Source: an uncultured Planctomycetia bacterium (lineage in GTDB: Bacteria > Omnitrophota > Gorgyraeia > 2-02-FULL-51-18). Taken from it: a DNA stretch of 63,624 nt. Positions 48,434 to 58,343 of this stretch are shown here, piece after piece. How positions within the stretch are numbered: the stretch's first letter is position 1; every line of letters starts with the position of its first letter. Both the position numbers and the translations under genes were made by a program. The notes below the pieces were generated by a model. It was not told the origin of the DNA. It did no database searches and was given only the letters and a program-made list of their open reading frames with translations. The stretch spans positions 1 to 63,624 of the forward strand of contig CAZVNB010000014.1 of NCBI GenBank assembly GCA_964628355.1, written 5' to 3'.

Positions 48434-49530
48434 TGTCAAAATACGGCGAACCGATGTACCCGACCTTGAAATACTGTGCGCGTTGCTGCCTGCCGGAAAC
48501 CACCGAGGGCATCCAGTTTGATGAGATGGGAATTTGCCAAGCTTGCCAGTCTGCCGAACAAAAAATCCATATCAATTGGGTGGAGCGCGAAAAAGAACTA
48601 CGCAAGATTCTAGATCATCATAAAAAAATTGCCGGAGATAACTACGACTGCATTGTTCCGATCAGCGGTGGGAAGGACAGCACGTTTCAATTGCACGTGT
48701 TGACGCAGGTTTACAAAATGAAACCTTTGGCTGTGACGTTCAGCCACAATTGGTTCAGCGAAACGGGCCGCTACAATTTGACGAACGCAATCGAAAAATT
48801 CAACGTGGATCATATCCTGTTCACGCCGAGTCGCGATTTGGTCAACCGCCTGGCGCGTGAATCGTTGAAACAGATCGGTGATTCCTGCTGGCATTGTCAT
48901 GCTGGAGTGGGAGCCTTTCCCCTGCAGGTGGCGGTGCGTTTCAGGGTCCCTCTTTTAATTTGGGGTGAATCTATCTCCGAGTCATCAGGCCGTGCCTGCT
49001 ATTTTGAGCCGGTCCGAAAATTTGACCGGGATTATTTTACCAAAGTCTCGGCCAAGGTGTATCCAGACAAAATGATCAATCAAGAAATTTCAAAAAAAGA
49101 TATTTACCCCTTCCAGTTGCCAACTTATGAGGAAATTGATCGAGTTGGAGTGGTCGGAATACATCTCGGGGATTATCTTTTTTGGGATGACGAACGACAA
49201 ATGGAGTTCGTCAGGGACGTTTATGGGTGGCGCGAAGATAAAGTGGAAGGTACTTACAAACGTTATAAAAGCGTCGAATGTGTCATGGCGGGCGTGCATG
49301 ATTATTCAAAATTTGTGAAACGCGGATTTGGACGAGGCACGGATCATGCCAGCGCGGATGTGCGCGCCGGCCTTTTGACGCGTGAAGAAGCTTTCGAAAT
49401 GGCAAAGAAATATGATTCGGAAAGACCCGAAATGTTGGATTATTATCTCAAGCTCACCGGCTATACGGAGCAGCAATTCATGGAAATTGTTAAATCTCAC
49501 CGGGAAGGCAAATCCAAATATCTTTCTTGA
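48430..49530 (+). CDS. N-acetyl sugar amidotransferase (WbuX/WbpG/PseA family, PP-loop)
   Basis: CARCCLP..CQAC, YDCIVPISGGKDS, CWHCH, KFVKRGFGR. Confidence 0.9.
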   Translation: MMSKYGEPMYPTLKYCARCCLPETTEGIQFDEMGICQACQSAEQKIHINWVEREKELRKILDHHKKIAGDNYDCIVPISGGKDSTFQLHVLTQVYKMKPLAVTFSHNWFSETGRYNLTNAIEKFNVDHILFTPSRDLVNRLARESLKQIGDSCWHCHAGVGAFPLQVAVRFRVPLLIWGESISESSGRACYFEPVRKFDRDYFTKVSAKVYPDKMINQEISKKDIYPFQLPTYEEIDRVGVVGIHLGDYLFWDDERQMEFVRDVYGWREDKVEGTYKRYKSVECVMAGVHDYSKFVKRGFGRGTDHASADVRAGLLTREEAFEMAKKYDSERPEMLDYYLKLTGYTEQQFMEIVKSHREGKSKYLS

Positions 49531-49534
49531 TGTT

Positions 49535-50896
49535 ATGAGCGGCGATCTTCATCTCTTAACGGTGGCGGAAGCTACAAATCTTATCCGATCGGGCGAAATA
49601 AATTCGCAGGAACTGGTGTCCGCCTGCGTTGGGCAGATCGAGAAGTTCGAGCCTCGCCTTAAGGCTTGGGCTTATTTGAACGCCGAGAAGGCGTTGGACC
49701 AAGCCAAAGCATTCGATGAAAAACGGCCACGGAGCGGCCAGGCCCCAGGTCTTTTAGGAGGTGTGCCCGTCGGAATCAAAGATGTTTTTAATACGATTGA
49801 TGCGCCAACGGCGATGGGTAGTCCCCTCTGGAAGGATTTTACCCCCGGTAACGATGCCCGCGCCGTGTTTCATCTTAAACGTGCGGATGCCATCATGATG
49901 GGCAAGACGGTTACGGCCGAATTTGCCGTACATGCCCCGGGTCCGACGTTAAATCCTCACGACCCCACGCGAATTCCAGGCACTTCTTCCAGCGGTTCAG
50001 CGGTGGCTGTGGCTTCCAAGATGGTTCCATGCGCACTTGGTACGCAAACCGCCGGCTCTGTGATTCGTCCAGCCAGCTATTGCGGTATTTACGGCATGAA
50101 ACCTTCTTTTGGCTTGATTCCGCGCACCGGCATGCTCAAAACTACGGATTCACTGGACACCATAGGTTTTTTTTCAAGAAGCGCGGAAGATCTTGAGATT
50201 TTATTGGATGTTTTGAGGGTACACGGCCAGGATTACCCTATCAGCGAAACCAAGTTAAGCGACCGTATTTTCCAAAATAAAAAAGGCGAAAAATGGCGGG
50301 TCGCTATTGTCGAGACGACCGTTTCAGAATGCGCCGAATCTTATGCAAGAGAAGCCTTGCGAGATTTTGCCGAAACGCTTTCCGAAGACAAGGACATGCA
50401 AATTTCTTATTTTAATTTGCCCACAGCTTTTGGTGAGGCGCATGATGTTCATGAGATTATTTATGACAAAAGCTTAGCCTATTATTTCAAGAATGAATAT
50501 AAAGAAAAGACGCTGATTAGCCGGGAAATCAAGGCGATGATCGAACACGGCAATGCGGTGACGCTTGAAGAATACCGCAAGGCGACCCTCCGGCAAAATC
50601 AACTGGCGCACCAGCTGGAGGATTTGCTATCGGAATTCGATGCGTGCTTTACGCTTTCCACTGCCGGTGAAGCGCCAAAAATCGGTGTTGATGAAAAAAA
50701 GGACAGCTGTCTTATTTGGACGCTTTGCGGCATTCCGGCGGTGAATCTGCCATTTTTGAAGGGGCCGTCGGGTTTGCCGATGGGACTTCAAGCGATATCC
50801 GAAAGATATTCGGACCTGCGCTTGCTTCGGTTTGTAAAAATTTTAGGTGAGCGTTTTGCCGAGCCGTTTCAACTATCTAAAAGAGGGAGATCATGA
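49535..50896 (+). CDS. Amidase-signature (GatA-like) amidase
   Basis: VGIKD (Lys), PGTSSSGSAV (Ser), GTQTAGSVIRPAS (nucleophile Ser), GMKPSFG, LPMGLQ; start ATG 49535. Confidence 0.9.
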   Translation: MSGDLHLLTVAEATNLIRSGEINSQELVSACVGQIEKFEPRLKAWAYLNAEKALDQAKAFDEKRPRSGQAPGLLGGVPVGIKDVFNTIDAPTAMGSPLWKDFTPGNDARAVFHLKRADAIMMGKTVTAEFAVHAPGPTLNPHDPTRIPGTSSSGSAVAVASKMVPCALGTQTAGSVIRPASYCGIYGMKPSFGLIPRTGMLKTTDSLDTIGFFSRSAEDLEILLDVLRVHGQDYPISETKLSDRIFQNKKGEKWRVAIVETTVSECAESYAREALRDFAETLSEDKDMQISYFNLPTAFGEAHDVHEIIYDKSLAYYFKNEYKEKTLISREIKAMIEHGNAVTLEEYRKATLRQNQLAHQLEDLLSEFDACFTLSTAGEAPKIGVDEKKDSCLIWTLCGIPAVNLPFLKGPSGLPMGLQAISERYSDLRLLRFVKILGERFAEPFQLSKRGRS

Positions 50897-51486
50897 AAGA
50901 TACGCAACAGCTCGAGATTTGGAGAGGAAAATTTGGGAAGGCTTACACGGATCGCAATCTCGTCAGCCCTGGAGAGAAGAAACCTTTGTTCAAGAAAATG
51001 CTAAAAGGACTAACATTGTCACAGGTTCTTGAGGTCGGCTGTAACCGTGGCCACAATCTTGTGGCGTTGGCGGATCTTTTAAAGATCGAACCGGTGGGTA
51101 TCGAGCCCAATGATTACGCAAGAAAGAAGGCCAGGCAGGCCGACCCGCGAATTTCGGTTCTTAAAAGCACCGCGTTTGATCTGCCATTTAAGGATGGCGT
51201 GTTTGACCTCGCATTTACTTCGGGTGTGCTGATCCATATTTGTTTGCAGGATCTTCCGCTGGCCATTGACGAGCTCTGTCGGGTGAGTCGACGGTATGTT
51301 CTGGCTTCCGAATATTATGGCGAAAAGGAGACCGCGATCCACTATCGGGGCCACAACCATTTATTGTGGAAGAGAGATTTCAAGTCCCATTTTCTTAAGC
51401 GTCATCCGGAGCTTAAATTAATTCACAGCGGTTTCTACGGAGAAGAGATCAACCATCGCATGGACTGGTGGTTATTTGAAAAGTAG
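50893..51486 (+). CDS. Pseudaminic acid biosynthesis-associated methyltransferase
   Basis: QLEIWRGKFGKAYTDRN, LEVGCN.G.NL, FTSGVLIH, EYY...YRG....LWKRDF. Confidence 0.85.
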   Translation: MKDTQQLEIWRGKFGKAYTDRNLVSPGEKKPLFKKMLKGLTLSQVLEVGCNRGHNLVALADLLKIEPVGIEPNDYARKKARQADPRISVLKSTAFDLPFKDGVFDLAFTSGVLIHICLQDLPLAIDELCRVSRRYVLASEYYGEKETAIHYRGHNHLLWKRDFKSHFLKRHPELKLIHSGFYGEEINHRMDWWLFEK

Positions 51487-53149
51487 GCCTAACTCTTTTT
51501 TCTTTTTTATTGTTTTCGTCGCGTTGTGTTTGCGCAGTTACGGTATCAATTTTGGTCTTTATCATGCCGATGAGCCAATTGTCGTGAATCATGCGCTCGC
51601 GTATGGCACCCACGATTTGAACCCCCATTTTTTTAAAATTCCTCCGTTGGCGTCTTATATTTTATTTTTTGTTTACACCGCATTTTTTTTATGCGGCAAG
51701 GTGACGGGTATTTTTAGTGGTTTGGGGGCTTTTCAGGCGCTGTTTATTCGGGATCCGCATCTTTTTTATGTGGTGGCCAGAATTTTTTTAGGAGTCATTC
51801 CGGGGGTTCTTGCAGTCATGGCCTTGTACGTGTGGACAAAAGAGCATTATTTGGAACGCAGGGCTTTGTTGGCGGCACTTTTTTTGGCAGTCAATTTTCT
51901 CCACGTAAGGGATTCTCACTACGCTTATGTGGACGGTCTGATGGTGTTAGGTGTCGTGTTGTCTGCCGGCTCATTTTTGTGGATATTGAAACGAGGGGAA
52001 AGAAGGGATTATGTGTTATCGGGCTTGTGGATAGGTGCGGCGACGGCTGCAAAATACAACGCGGCTATTCTATTTTCGGGAATGCTAGCCGCACATTTTT
52101 TAAAAAGCGAACGACATTGGCAAAAACTAGTTTTGGGAAGTGTTTGCGCTCTGGGTGTTTACGCATTGTTTAATCCGTATTCATTTGTAGATTTTGATTA
52201 TTTTAAACGTGAGATACTGACGCAATCAGGCGCCGAGGCTGCCGTCGGCTTTGCCCACCATTTTTATTTTTCTATTTTAGGTTCCGCAGGTTGGGGTTTG
52301 GTCTTTTTGGCAGCCTGTGGAATTTTTAAAATGATTCAAGAAGATGCGAAGAAATCTCTCGCGATTCTTTCTTTCCCTTTTTTATTTTACGGGACGATCA
52401 GTTTATTTAGCCAACATCACGAGCGTTATGCGCTGCCGCTTATTCCGTTTATTTGCTTGGCTGCCGCTACCGGTGTCGACGCGCTCTGGAATTGGACGGG
52501 AACTTGGGCAAAACTGCCTAGATTATTTTTAGGAGCAATTTTTTTTGGTTCGGCTTTGTTTTTCCCTTTGTTTAAAGATATTCAGACGAACCGTTTGTTC
52601 AATCGCCAGGACACCACTGCGCAAATGAGTCAGTGGATAGAAAAAAATATCCCCCCTGAATCCAAGATAGCGTTCGATGATAGTTTTTACAGGCCCGCTT
52701 TGTTGAGATCAATAAAACAATCCGAAGGGGTTAGTCGGGACACATCATCGGGCGCACTTGAAGTTCAAAAAAAGCTAAAGAACAAGCTTCAGATGAAATA
52801 CCAAGACCCTGGTCACCCCGCTTATTTTCTTTATTTTTTATCAGAGAATCCATCGTCAATGTTCAGCAGTGTGTGGCCAATTTTGCCGTTCCGTTGGAGC
52901 AGTCTTCGGGCCAAAGACGTGCAATACATAGTGTTGCACTATGGCGCTGAGCCCAAGCACATGGGGTTTTATACTGATCTGCGCCGGCGATTGAAGCTGC
53001 TGCAAAGGTTCAGTCCGTACGCAGACTCGTCAAAAAATTATTCAAGCGACAAAATCTCAGTGACCTGCGCTGCGTATTCTTGGGAGGAAATTTTCTCGAG
53101 GCGGAGTTTTGGCCCAGTGCTGGAGATTTATGCGCTGGAGACTGTATGA
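51476..53149 (+). CDS. GT-C membrane glycosyltransferase (GT39/PMT-like)
   Basis: YHADEPIVV, NPHFFKIPPL, SHYAYVD, AAKYNA, HHERYALP. Confidence 0.82.
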   Translation: MKSRPNSFFFFIVFVALCLRSYGINFGLYHADEPIVVNHALAYGTHDLNPHFFKIPPLASYILFFVYTAFFLCGKVTGIFSGLGAFQALFIRDPHLFYVVARIFLGVIPGVLAVMALYVWTKEHYLERRALLAALFLAVNFLHVRDSHYAYVDGLMVLGVVLSAGSFLWILKRGERRDYVLSGLWIGAATAAKYNAAILFSGMLAAHFLKSERHWQKLVLGSVCALGVYALFNPYSFVDFDYFKREILTQSGAEAAVGFAHHFYFSILGSAGWGLVFLAACGIFKMIQEDAKKSLAILSFPFLFYGTISLFSQHHERYALPLIPFICLAAATGVDALWNWTGTWAKLPRLFLGAIFFGSALFFPLFKDIQTNRLFNRQDTTAQMSQWIEKNIPPESKIAFDDSFYRPALLRSIKQSEGVSRDTSSGALEVQKKLKNKLQMKYQDPGHPAYFLYFLSENPSSMFSSVWPILPFRWSSLRAKDVQYIVLHYGAEPKHMGFYTDLRRRLKLLQRFSPYADSSKNYSSDKISVTCAAYSWEEIFSRRSFGPVLEIYALETV

Positions 53150-55467
53150 ATCACTCCGTTTTTTCAAAAAAAGAAATTTTATCTTACTCTTTTTTGCTAG
53201 GCGGCGTGATCGTCATATTTTTTTGGGATCTATTGTTTTTAGGTCATGGGTATTACTACGGTGATTATAAACAACAGTATTATCCGTGGTCATTGTATCT
53301 TAGCCGACATATTAAAAATTTTACATTGCCATTGTGGGCACCCGAGATCGGCTGCGGTTTTCCGCTTCTAGCCGAAGGACAAATCGCTGCGTTTTACCCG
53401 CTTCATTGGATTTTATTTTTGCTGCTGCCGTTTGAGTTTGCATACCCTCTTGGCATTCTTTTTTTATTTTTTATATCCGGAGTTTTTACCTATCTTTTTG
53501 CAAGACAGTACGGATTGACCCATCGCGGCGCGACGTTCACAGCGTTGGTTTTTTTGTTCAGCAGTTCTTACGCGGGTTTTTTCGGCGGTTTAGCCTGTTT
53601 CCGTACGCTCGTCTGGTTTTCACCATGCCTCTATTTCACAGAGAGGCTTCTTCAGTCCCGCGTGTGGCGGCATGCGGTTTTTTTAGCCTTGTCGTTTTGT
53701 TTTAGTATTTTTGGTGGCCATCCACAGATGGCCAGCTATTCTTTGCTAGCAGTTTTTGTATATTTTTTATTGAGATGTTTATTGCCACCTACGGCTTTAT
53801 CCTGGTGGGGCACTTTCATGTTTTTGGCGGCGTTGGCCCTAGGGATTGGACTGTCCTCCTGCCAGATTTTACCTACAGCCGAACTTGTGTCTCTGTCCAG
53901 TCGAGCGGCGGCAACTGTGGATTTTGCTTTAGAAAAATCCACAAACCCTTTGAGCGTGGTCACTTTTTTTTGGCCCAGTTTGGCCTCTTTTTTTGTGAAC
54001 GATTTCTATTTAGGTTTATGGCCGTTTTGTTTGGCATGTTTTGCGTTTTTTTATAGCCGCCGAGATCCTCGGGTGATCTTTCTTGCTTTTTTTGGTTTGT
54101 TTTTTTTCCTGTTGTCGCTGGGCCGCTACAACCCGGTTTACGTTTTGCTTTTAAAACTTTTACCGCTCCGGGTCTTTAGATTTCCATCACGATTTTTATT
54201 TTTTTCTTCTTTTGTATTTTCGCTGCTGGCGGGGATTGGCTTCGAGATGTTATTGTCCGGCAGGAATGGGAGCCAAACACGATTTAAGAAAATAGCGCTT
54301 GGTCTTCTGATTGCCGGAGCCATTGCGTTCTTGACAGCGCATTTTGCCGCGCGTATTTTTGGAGATCAGATATTGCAATGGGCCGAACAGTATGTCCGCA
54401 ACCATGTTTTCGGCAAGCCGTGGCACCTGCATTCCCTGGAAAGCTATTTGCAGAAACTACCCTTGATTCTCAACTTTATACAGGAACGCACAAAATTCAC
54501 CAATCTGTACTTTATGAGAACGGCGGTGATATGGTTTTTTATCATGGTCTTTTCTTTTTTATTTTTGAAAGAGAATAGCCGAAGGAAAAACATCGCGGCG
54601 TTATTTATCGTGGCAGTGACACTTTTAGATCTTTATTGGTATACGGATCTTGGAACCGGTTTCAAAGGAAACCGGATCGGCGCTTCAGTCATCGCCCCCG
54701 ACGAAGTCATTCGTTGCCTGTTGGAAAAAAAAGAGGAGGCTTTCAGGACTTACGAGTTCATTACTAATTCAGGGAACACGCATCCTGATTGGCTGCCTAA
54801 CGCCAATATGCTTTTTGGCTACGCCAGTATCGGACTCTATACGCCATTGGCGACGAGTTCTTACCGGGAATATTTAAAGGAATTGGGGGATGTGGATAAT
54901 TCTTCGGGGTTTTACATGGCCAACAAGCAATCGGTGAGAAAGAATTTAGACTTGTTAAGCCTGATGAATGTTCGGTATCTGCTTTCGCGTGTAGAGTTGG
55001 ATGATCTGAAAGGTCTCTCCAGGGTATTGACGAGTTCCAAAGGCGATATTTTGTACGAAAACTCGGGTGTTTTCCCCCGGACGTTTTTGGACCGTGCCGC
55101 GGTATTGGATGACACGCAGAAAACCGCCCAAGTTTCCTACGCAATAGCTGGAAAAGATTTTCAAGGCATTCGGTGGGATGTCGATGAGCCTATGAGGAAA
55201 GTGTTTCGAGTGGACACCGAGGAGCCCTCATTTCTTTTTTTTAGTGAGACTTTTTACCCGGGCTGGATTGCCGAGTTGGACGGTACCCGCGTCCCTATTT
55301 ATAAAACCAATACTATTTTTAAGGGGATGCGCGTGCCGGTCGGGATCCATCGAGCGGAGTTCCGTTATGAGCCGGCGTCATTTCGCCTTGGCGTCTGGAT
55401 CAGCTTGGCTTGCGGTCTGGCACTCATTTTTTTATGGTTCAAAAAGTCGCCGGTGAAGCGGGTCTAA
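53146..55467 (+). CDS. YfhO-family large membrane protein (probable GT-C)
   Basis: GDYKQQYYPW, PLWAPEIGCGFPL, GGHPQ, FRFPSRF, SETFYPGW.A, FRYEP; start ATG 53146. Confidence 0.8.
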   Translation: MNHSVFSKKEILSYSFLLGGVIVIFFWDLLFLGHGYYYGDYKQQYYPWSLYLSRHIKNFTLPLWAPEIGCGFPLLAEGQIAAFYPLHWILFLLLPFEFAYPLGILFLFFISGVFTYLFARQYGLTHRGATFTALVFLFSSSYAGFFGGLACFRTLVWFSPCLYFTERLLQSRVWRHAVFLALSFCFSIFGGHPQMASYSLLAVFVYFLLRCLLPPTALSWWGTFMFLAALALGIGLSSCQILPTAELVSLSSRAAATVDFALEKSTNPLSVVTFFWPSLASFFVNDFYLGLWPFCLACFAFFYSRRDPRVIFLAFFGLFFFLLSLGRYNPVYVLLLKLLPLRVFRFPSRFLFFSSFVFSLLAGIGFEMLLSGRNGSQTRFKKIALGLLIAGAIAFLTAHFAARIFGDQILQWAEQYVRNHVFGKPWHLHSLESYLQKLPLILNFIQERTKFTNLYFMRTAVIWFFIMVFSFLFLKENSRRKNIAALFIVAVTLLDLYWYTDLGTGFKGNRIGASVIAPDEVIRCLLEKKEEAFRTYEFITNSGNTHPDWLPNANMLFGYASIGLYTPLATSSYREYLKELGDVDNSSGFYMANKQSVRKNLDLLSLMNVRYLLSRVELDDLKGLSRVLTSSKGDILYENSGVFPRTFLDRAAVLDDTQKTAQVSYAIAGKDFQGIRWDVDEPMRKVFRVDTEEPSFLFFSETFYPGWIAELDGTRVPIYKTNTIFKGMRVPVGIHRAEFRYEPASFRLGVWISLACGLALIFLWFKKSPVKRV

Positions 55468-55470
55468 GCA

Positions 55471-55578
55471 ATGAAAAAATATCTTTTCTTGTTTTGGACG
55501 TTTTTTGTGCTGATAAACTATTTTAGTTTGTTTGCAATGCCTAAACTTACGGCTCTCGCGGGGCATCACCCATGGTGA
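55471..55578 (+). CDS. Small single-TM peptide (35 aa), not in the ORF track
   Basis: MKKYLFLFWTFFVLINYFSLFAMPKLTALAGHHPW. Starts 3 nt after the YfhO stop and its TGA overlaps the next start, filling the only gap in the operon. Confidence 0.45.
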   Translation: MKKYLFLFWTFFVLINYFSLFAMPKLTALAGHHPW

Positions 55579-57392
55579 GCGTATTTTTATGGGGCGTGAT
55601 TTTAATTGCTTCAACGGGTGCGACCCTCCGGATTTTTAGGCTTTTGCGTGTGCGCTTTGCTTGTGTAACCGAAGAGTTGGTTTTTTCTGCCGCGGCGGGA
55701 CTTGGGTTCTTATCCTACCTAGTATTTTTTTTCGGGTCTTTTGGATGGCTTTACAAACCGCTGTGGCTTAGCTTGATCGCGGTGTTATTTTTATATTTTC
55801 AGAAGGTTTTTATACCTGTTTTTAAAACTGCGGCCGCTGAGCTTAGCGGAGGCTTCCAATTGCTAGAGTTTTGGGAAAAAATTCCGCTTGCCTTCTTTTT
55901 AGTGGTATTTTTTTGTAGCTTATCCGGGGCTTTAGCGCCTGCGACGGGCCATGACGAACTTTGTTATCATTTGTATCATCCAAAGCTCTACGTACAGGCG
56001 CATCGGATTTACGAAATTCCTTATGCGACCAATTCTGTTTGGCCGTATCTCATGGAAATGCTTTTTACGCTCGGGCTTCTTTTGAAGGGCGCGGGTCTGG
56101 CAAAACTTTTTCATTTCACGATGTATCTTCTTTCTGCGGGAGCCATTTTTGTTTTTTTAAAACGGTTTTTCAGCTCGCGCATCGCATGGCTAGGGTTTTT
56201 TATTTACGCATTGACGCCGGCTGTTTTTATTCAAGCTTCCTTTGCGTATGTAGAAAATGCGCTGACTTGTTACGTGTTTTTATGTTTTTATGCTCTGTTT
56301 TTGTTTTTCACGGAAAGGCGGAGGTCATGGGTTGTTCTGGCTGGTGTTTTTGGTGGTTTAGCGGCTTCCACCAAATTGATCGGCCTTTTTATCCTGCCGA
56401 TAGCCGCTTTAATTTTTTCGTTCGATTTTTTTTCTAGTTCCAAAAAAAAACAAAGCCTTTTAGGAATTTTTTTATTTTTAGTCGGATTTACCGTTTTCAG
56501 TGGCGTCTGGTATTTACGTGCGCTGTTACTGCGAGGCAATCCCGTTTTCCCGTTTTACCCACAGTTTTTTGGAGGACACGGATGGCAGGATCCCTCGTAC
56601 ATGGGGGTCCACGGGCGAGGACGGGATATTTTCTCCTTTTTTATTTTTCTTTGGGATGTCACGATGCATCCGGGATGGTTTGGTGGTGAACATATTGGGA
56701 TTCTCTATCTAATTTTTTTGCCGGTGCTTTTATGGGCGCGTCCGTTGCCAGCGCCCATAAAATTTATTTTATTTTGCAGTATCGCTTATGCGTTTTTGTG
56801 GCATAACACGGACCCGAACGTGAGATTTCTTTTTCCAGCCCTTGCAATGTTTTCTGCGGCGAGCGCATTTACCGCAGATCTATTGATAGGCAATAGGCCC
56901 AGTTTTTTCAATCGTTCGATTCGAATGCTTTATTCGACTTTTCTCTTAATGCAATCTTTATTCGCGATTTACCATTTTAAAGATGAGTTTTTGTTGTTGA
57001 TGAGAGGCGGGGAAGACCGCTATTTATACGAAAAAGAGCGTACCTATGCGGCCGCCCGACAGATAAATTCCTACCTCAAAGCAGGAGATAAAATTCTTTC
57101 GGTAGGGGAGATCCGAGGGTATTATTTTGATGTTCCATTTGTGGTGGAGTCGGATTTTAGCCGCTTCACCTCCTATGGGTCTCGGTATTTTTCCTGGGAT
57201 GAAACCGTAAATTTTTTAAAAAAGGAAGGATTCACGCATTTACTAAACACCGTGGGCAATTATCAAAAGTCCAGGGAGGGTTTTAACGCACTGCGGCTTT
57301 TACAGGAAACATCGGCTGCTCGCGCGTTTTTAAAACAAGAAATGATCGTAAGCCATCGAGGGACAAGGTATGTTTTGTACAGGATTCTTTGA
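55572..57392 (+). CDS. GT-C membrane glycosyltransferase-like protein
   Basis: APATGHDELCYHL, WPYLMEML, STK, GNPVFP, NVRFLFP; many TM segments. Confidence 0.72.
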   Translation: MVSVFLWGVILIASTGATLRIFRLLRVRFACVTEELVFSAAAGLGFLSYLVFFFGSFGWLYKPLWLSLIAVLFLYFQKVFIPVFKTAAAELSGGFQLLEFWEKIPLAFFLVVFFCSLSGALAPATGHDELCYHLYHPKLYVQAHRIYEIPYATNSVWPYLMEMLFTLGLLLKGAGLAKLFHFTMYLLSAGAIFVFLKRFFSSRIAWLGFFIYALTPAVFIQASFAYVENALTCYVFLCFYALFLFFTERRRSWVVLAGVFGGLAASTKLIGLFILPIAALIFSFDFFSSSKKKQSLLGIFLFLVGFTVFSGVWYLRALLLRGNPVFPFYPQFFGGHGWQDPSYMGVHGRGRDIFSFFIFLWDVTMHPGWFGGEHIGILYLIFLPVLLWARPLPAPIKFILFCSIAYAFLWHNTDPNVRFLFPALAMFSAASAFTADLLIGNRPSFFNRSIRMLYSTFLLMQSLFAIYHFKDEFLLLMRGGEDRYLYEKERTYAAARQINSYLKAGDKILSVGEIRGYYFDVPFVVESDFSRFTSYGSRYFSWDETVNFLKKEGFTHLLNTVGNYQKSREGFNALRLLQETSAARAFLKQEMIVSHRGTRYVLYRIL

Positions 57393-57395
57393 CCC

Positions 57396-58343
57396 ATGGC
57401 TGATCTGACTACCGAGGCATTCGTGCTGAATTATAATGGGGAGGCTTTGCTTGTCGAATGCTTGCCATCGATCGTGGATGCCTGCCAACGCGCTTCCCCT
57501 CCTTGCCGCCTGACGGTGATCGACAATGACAGCTTCGATCATAGCGTGGAGATGCTCAAGCGCGATTTTTCCAGCGTGTATTTGCGCCAGTTCGAAAACC
57601 GGGTACTATGTTCTTTCAATGACGCGGTGCGTGAGAGCGACGCCGATATCGTGCTGCTCTTGAACAATGATTTAAAAGTGGAGCCTGATTTTATAGACCC
57701 GCTCGTTGAGGTGTTCCGAAATCATGAAGATGCATTTTTGGCGGCTCCGAAAGCGTACACGTTTGACGGCAAACAGTACGAAGGTAGTTTGGCTAAAATA
57801 AACTTCAAAAATGGGATATTGTGGGGGAATAGTCGCTTTCCCGGCTACGAGAATAAAGTGGACGTCCCCGGTATTACGATGTTGGCCGGCGGATTTGCCG
57901 CGTACCGAAAAGATATTTTTTTAAAATTAGGTGGTTTTGATGATCTGTATCTTCCGGGCACGGTCGAGGACGCGGATCTGTGTTTTCGTGCCTGGAAAGC
58001 CGGTTATAAGGGATATTATGTTCCCAAAAGCCGCGTGTATCACAAAGGCCAGGTAACATTCAAAAAAACTTTTGGCTCGTCCCGTCTTTCAGCCATCAAC
58101 CAAAGGAATCTGCATCTATTCGTTTGGAAAAATATCTCGGATCCCCTGTTGCTTTTGAAATACATTTTATGGCTACCTTTCCGCCTTTTATTTTTTTTGC
58201 TGCAAGGACGTTTTGAGTTTTTTTATGGATTCATTTGGGCTTGGCTCCGGTTGCCACAGGCATTTCGTCGGCGTTGGGGTGCTAAGGGGATGATGCCCGT
58301 GCGTACCGACCGTGAAATTTTTAAAATTTCCGAGGCAATCTGA
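57396..58343 (+). CDS. GT2 glycosyltransferase
   Basis: VLNYNG, DNDS.D, LLNND, EDADLCFRAW. Confidence 0.9.
   Translation: MADLTTEAFVLNYNGEALLVECLPSIVDACQRASPPCRLTVIDNDSFDHSVEMLKRDFSSVYLRQFENRVLCSFNDAVRESDADIVLLLNNDLKVEPDFIDPLVEVFRNHEDAFLAAPKAYTFDGKQYEGSLAKINFKNGILWGNSRFPGYENKVDVPGITMLAGGFAAYRKDIFLKLGGFDDLYLPGTVEDADLCFRAWKAGYKGYYVPKSRVYHKGQVTFKKTFGSSRLSAINQRNLHLFVWKNISDPLLLLKYILWLPFRLLFFLLQGRFEFFYGFIWAWLRLPQAFRRRWGAKGMMPVRTDREIFKISEAI

Noticed and set aside
49535-50896. Housekeeping gatA
   Set aside because: No gatC/gatB, and the motifs (GTQTAGSVIRP, no GGSSGGS) diverge from canonical GatA; it is embedded in a glycan operon.
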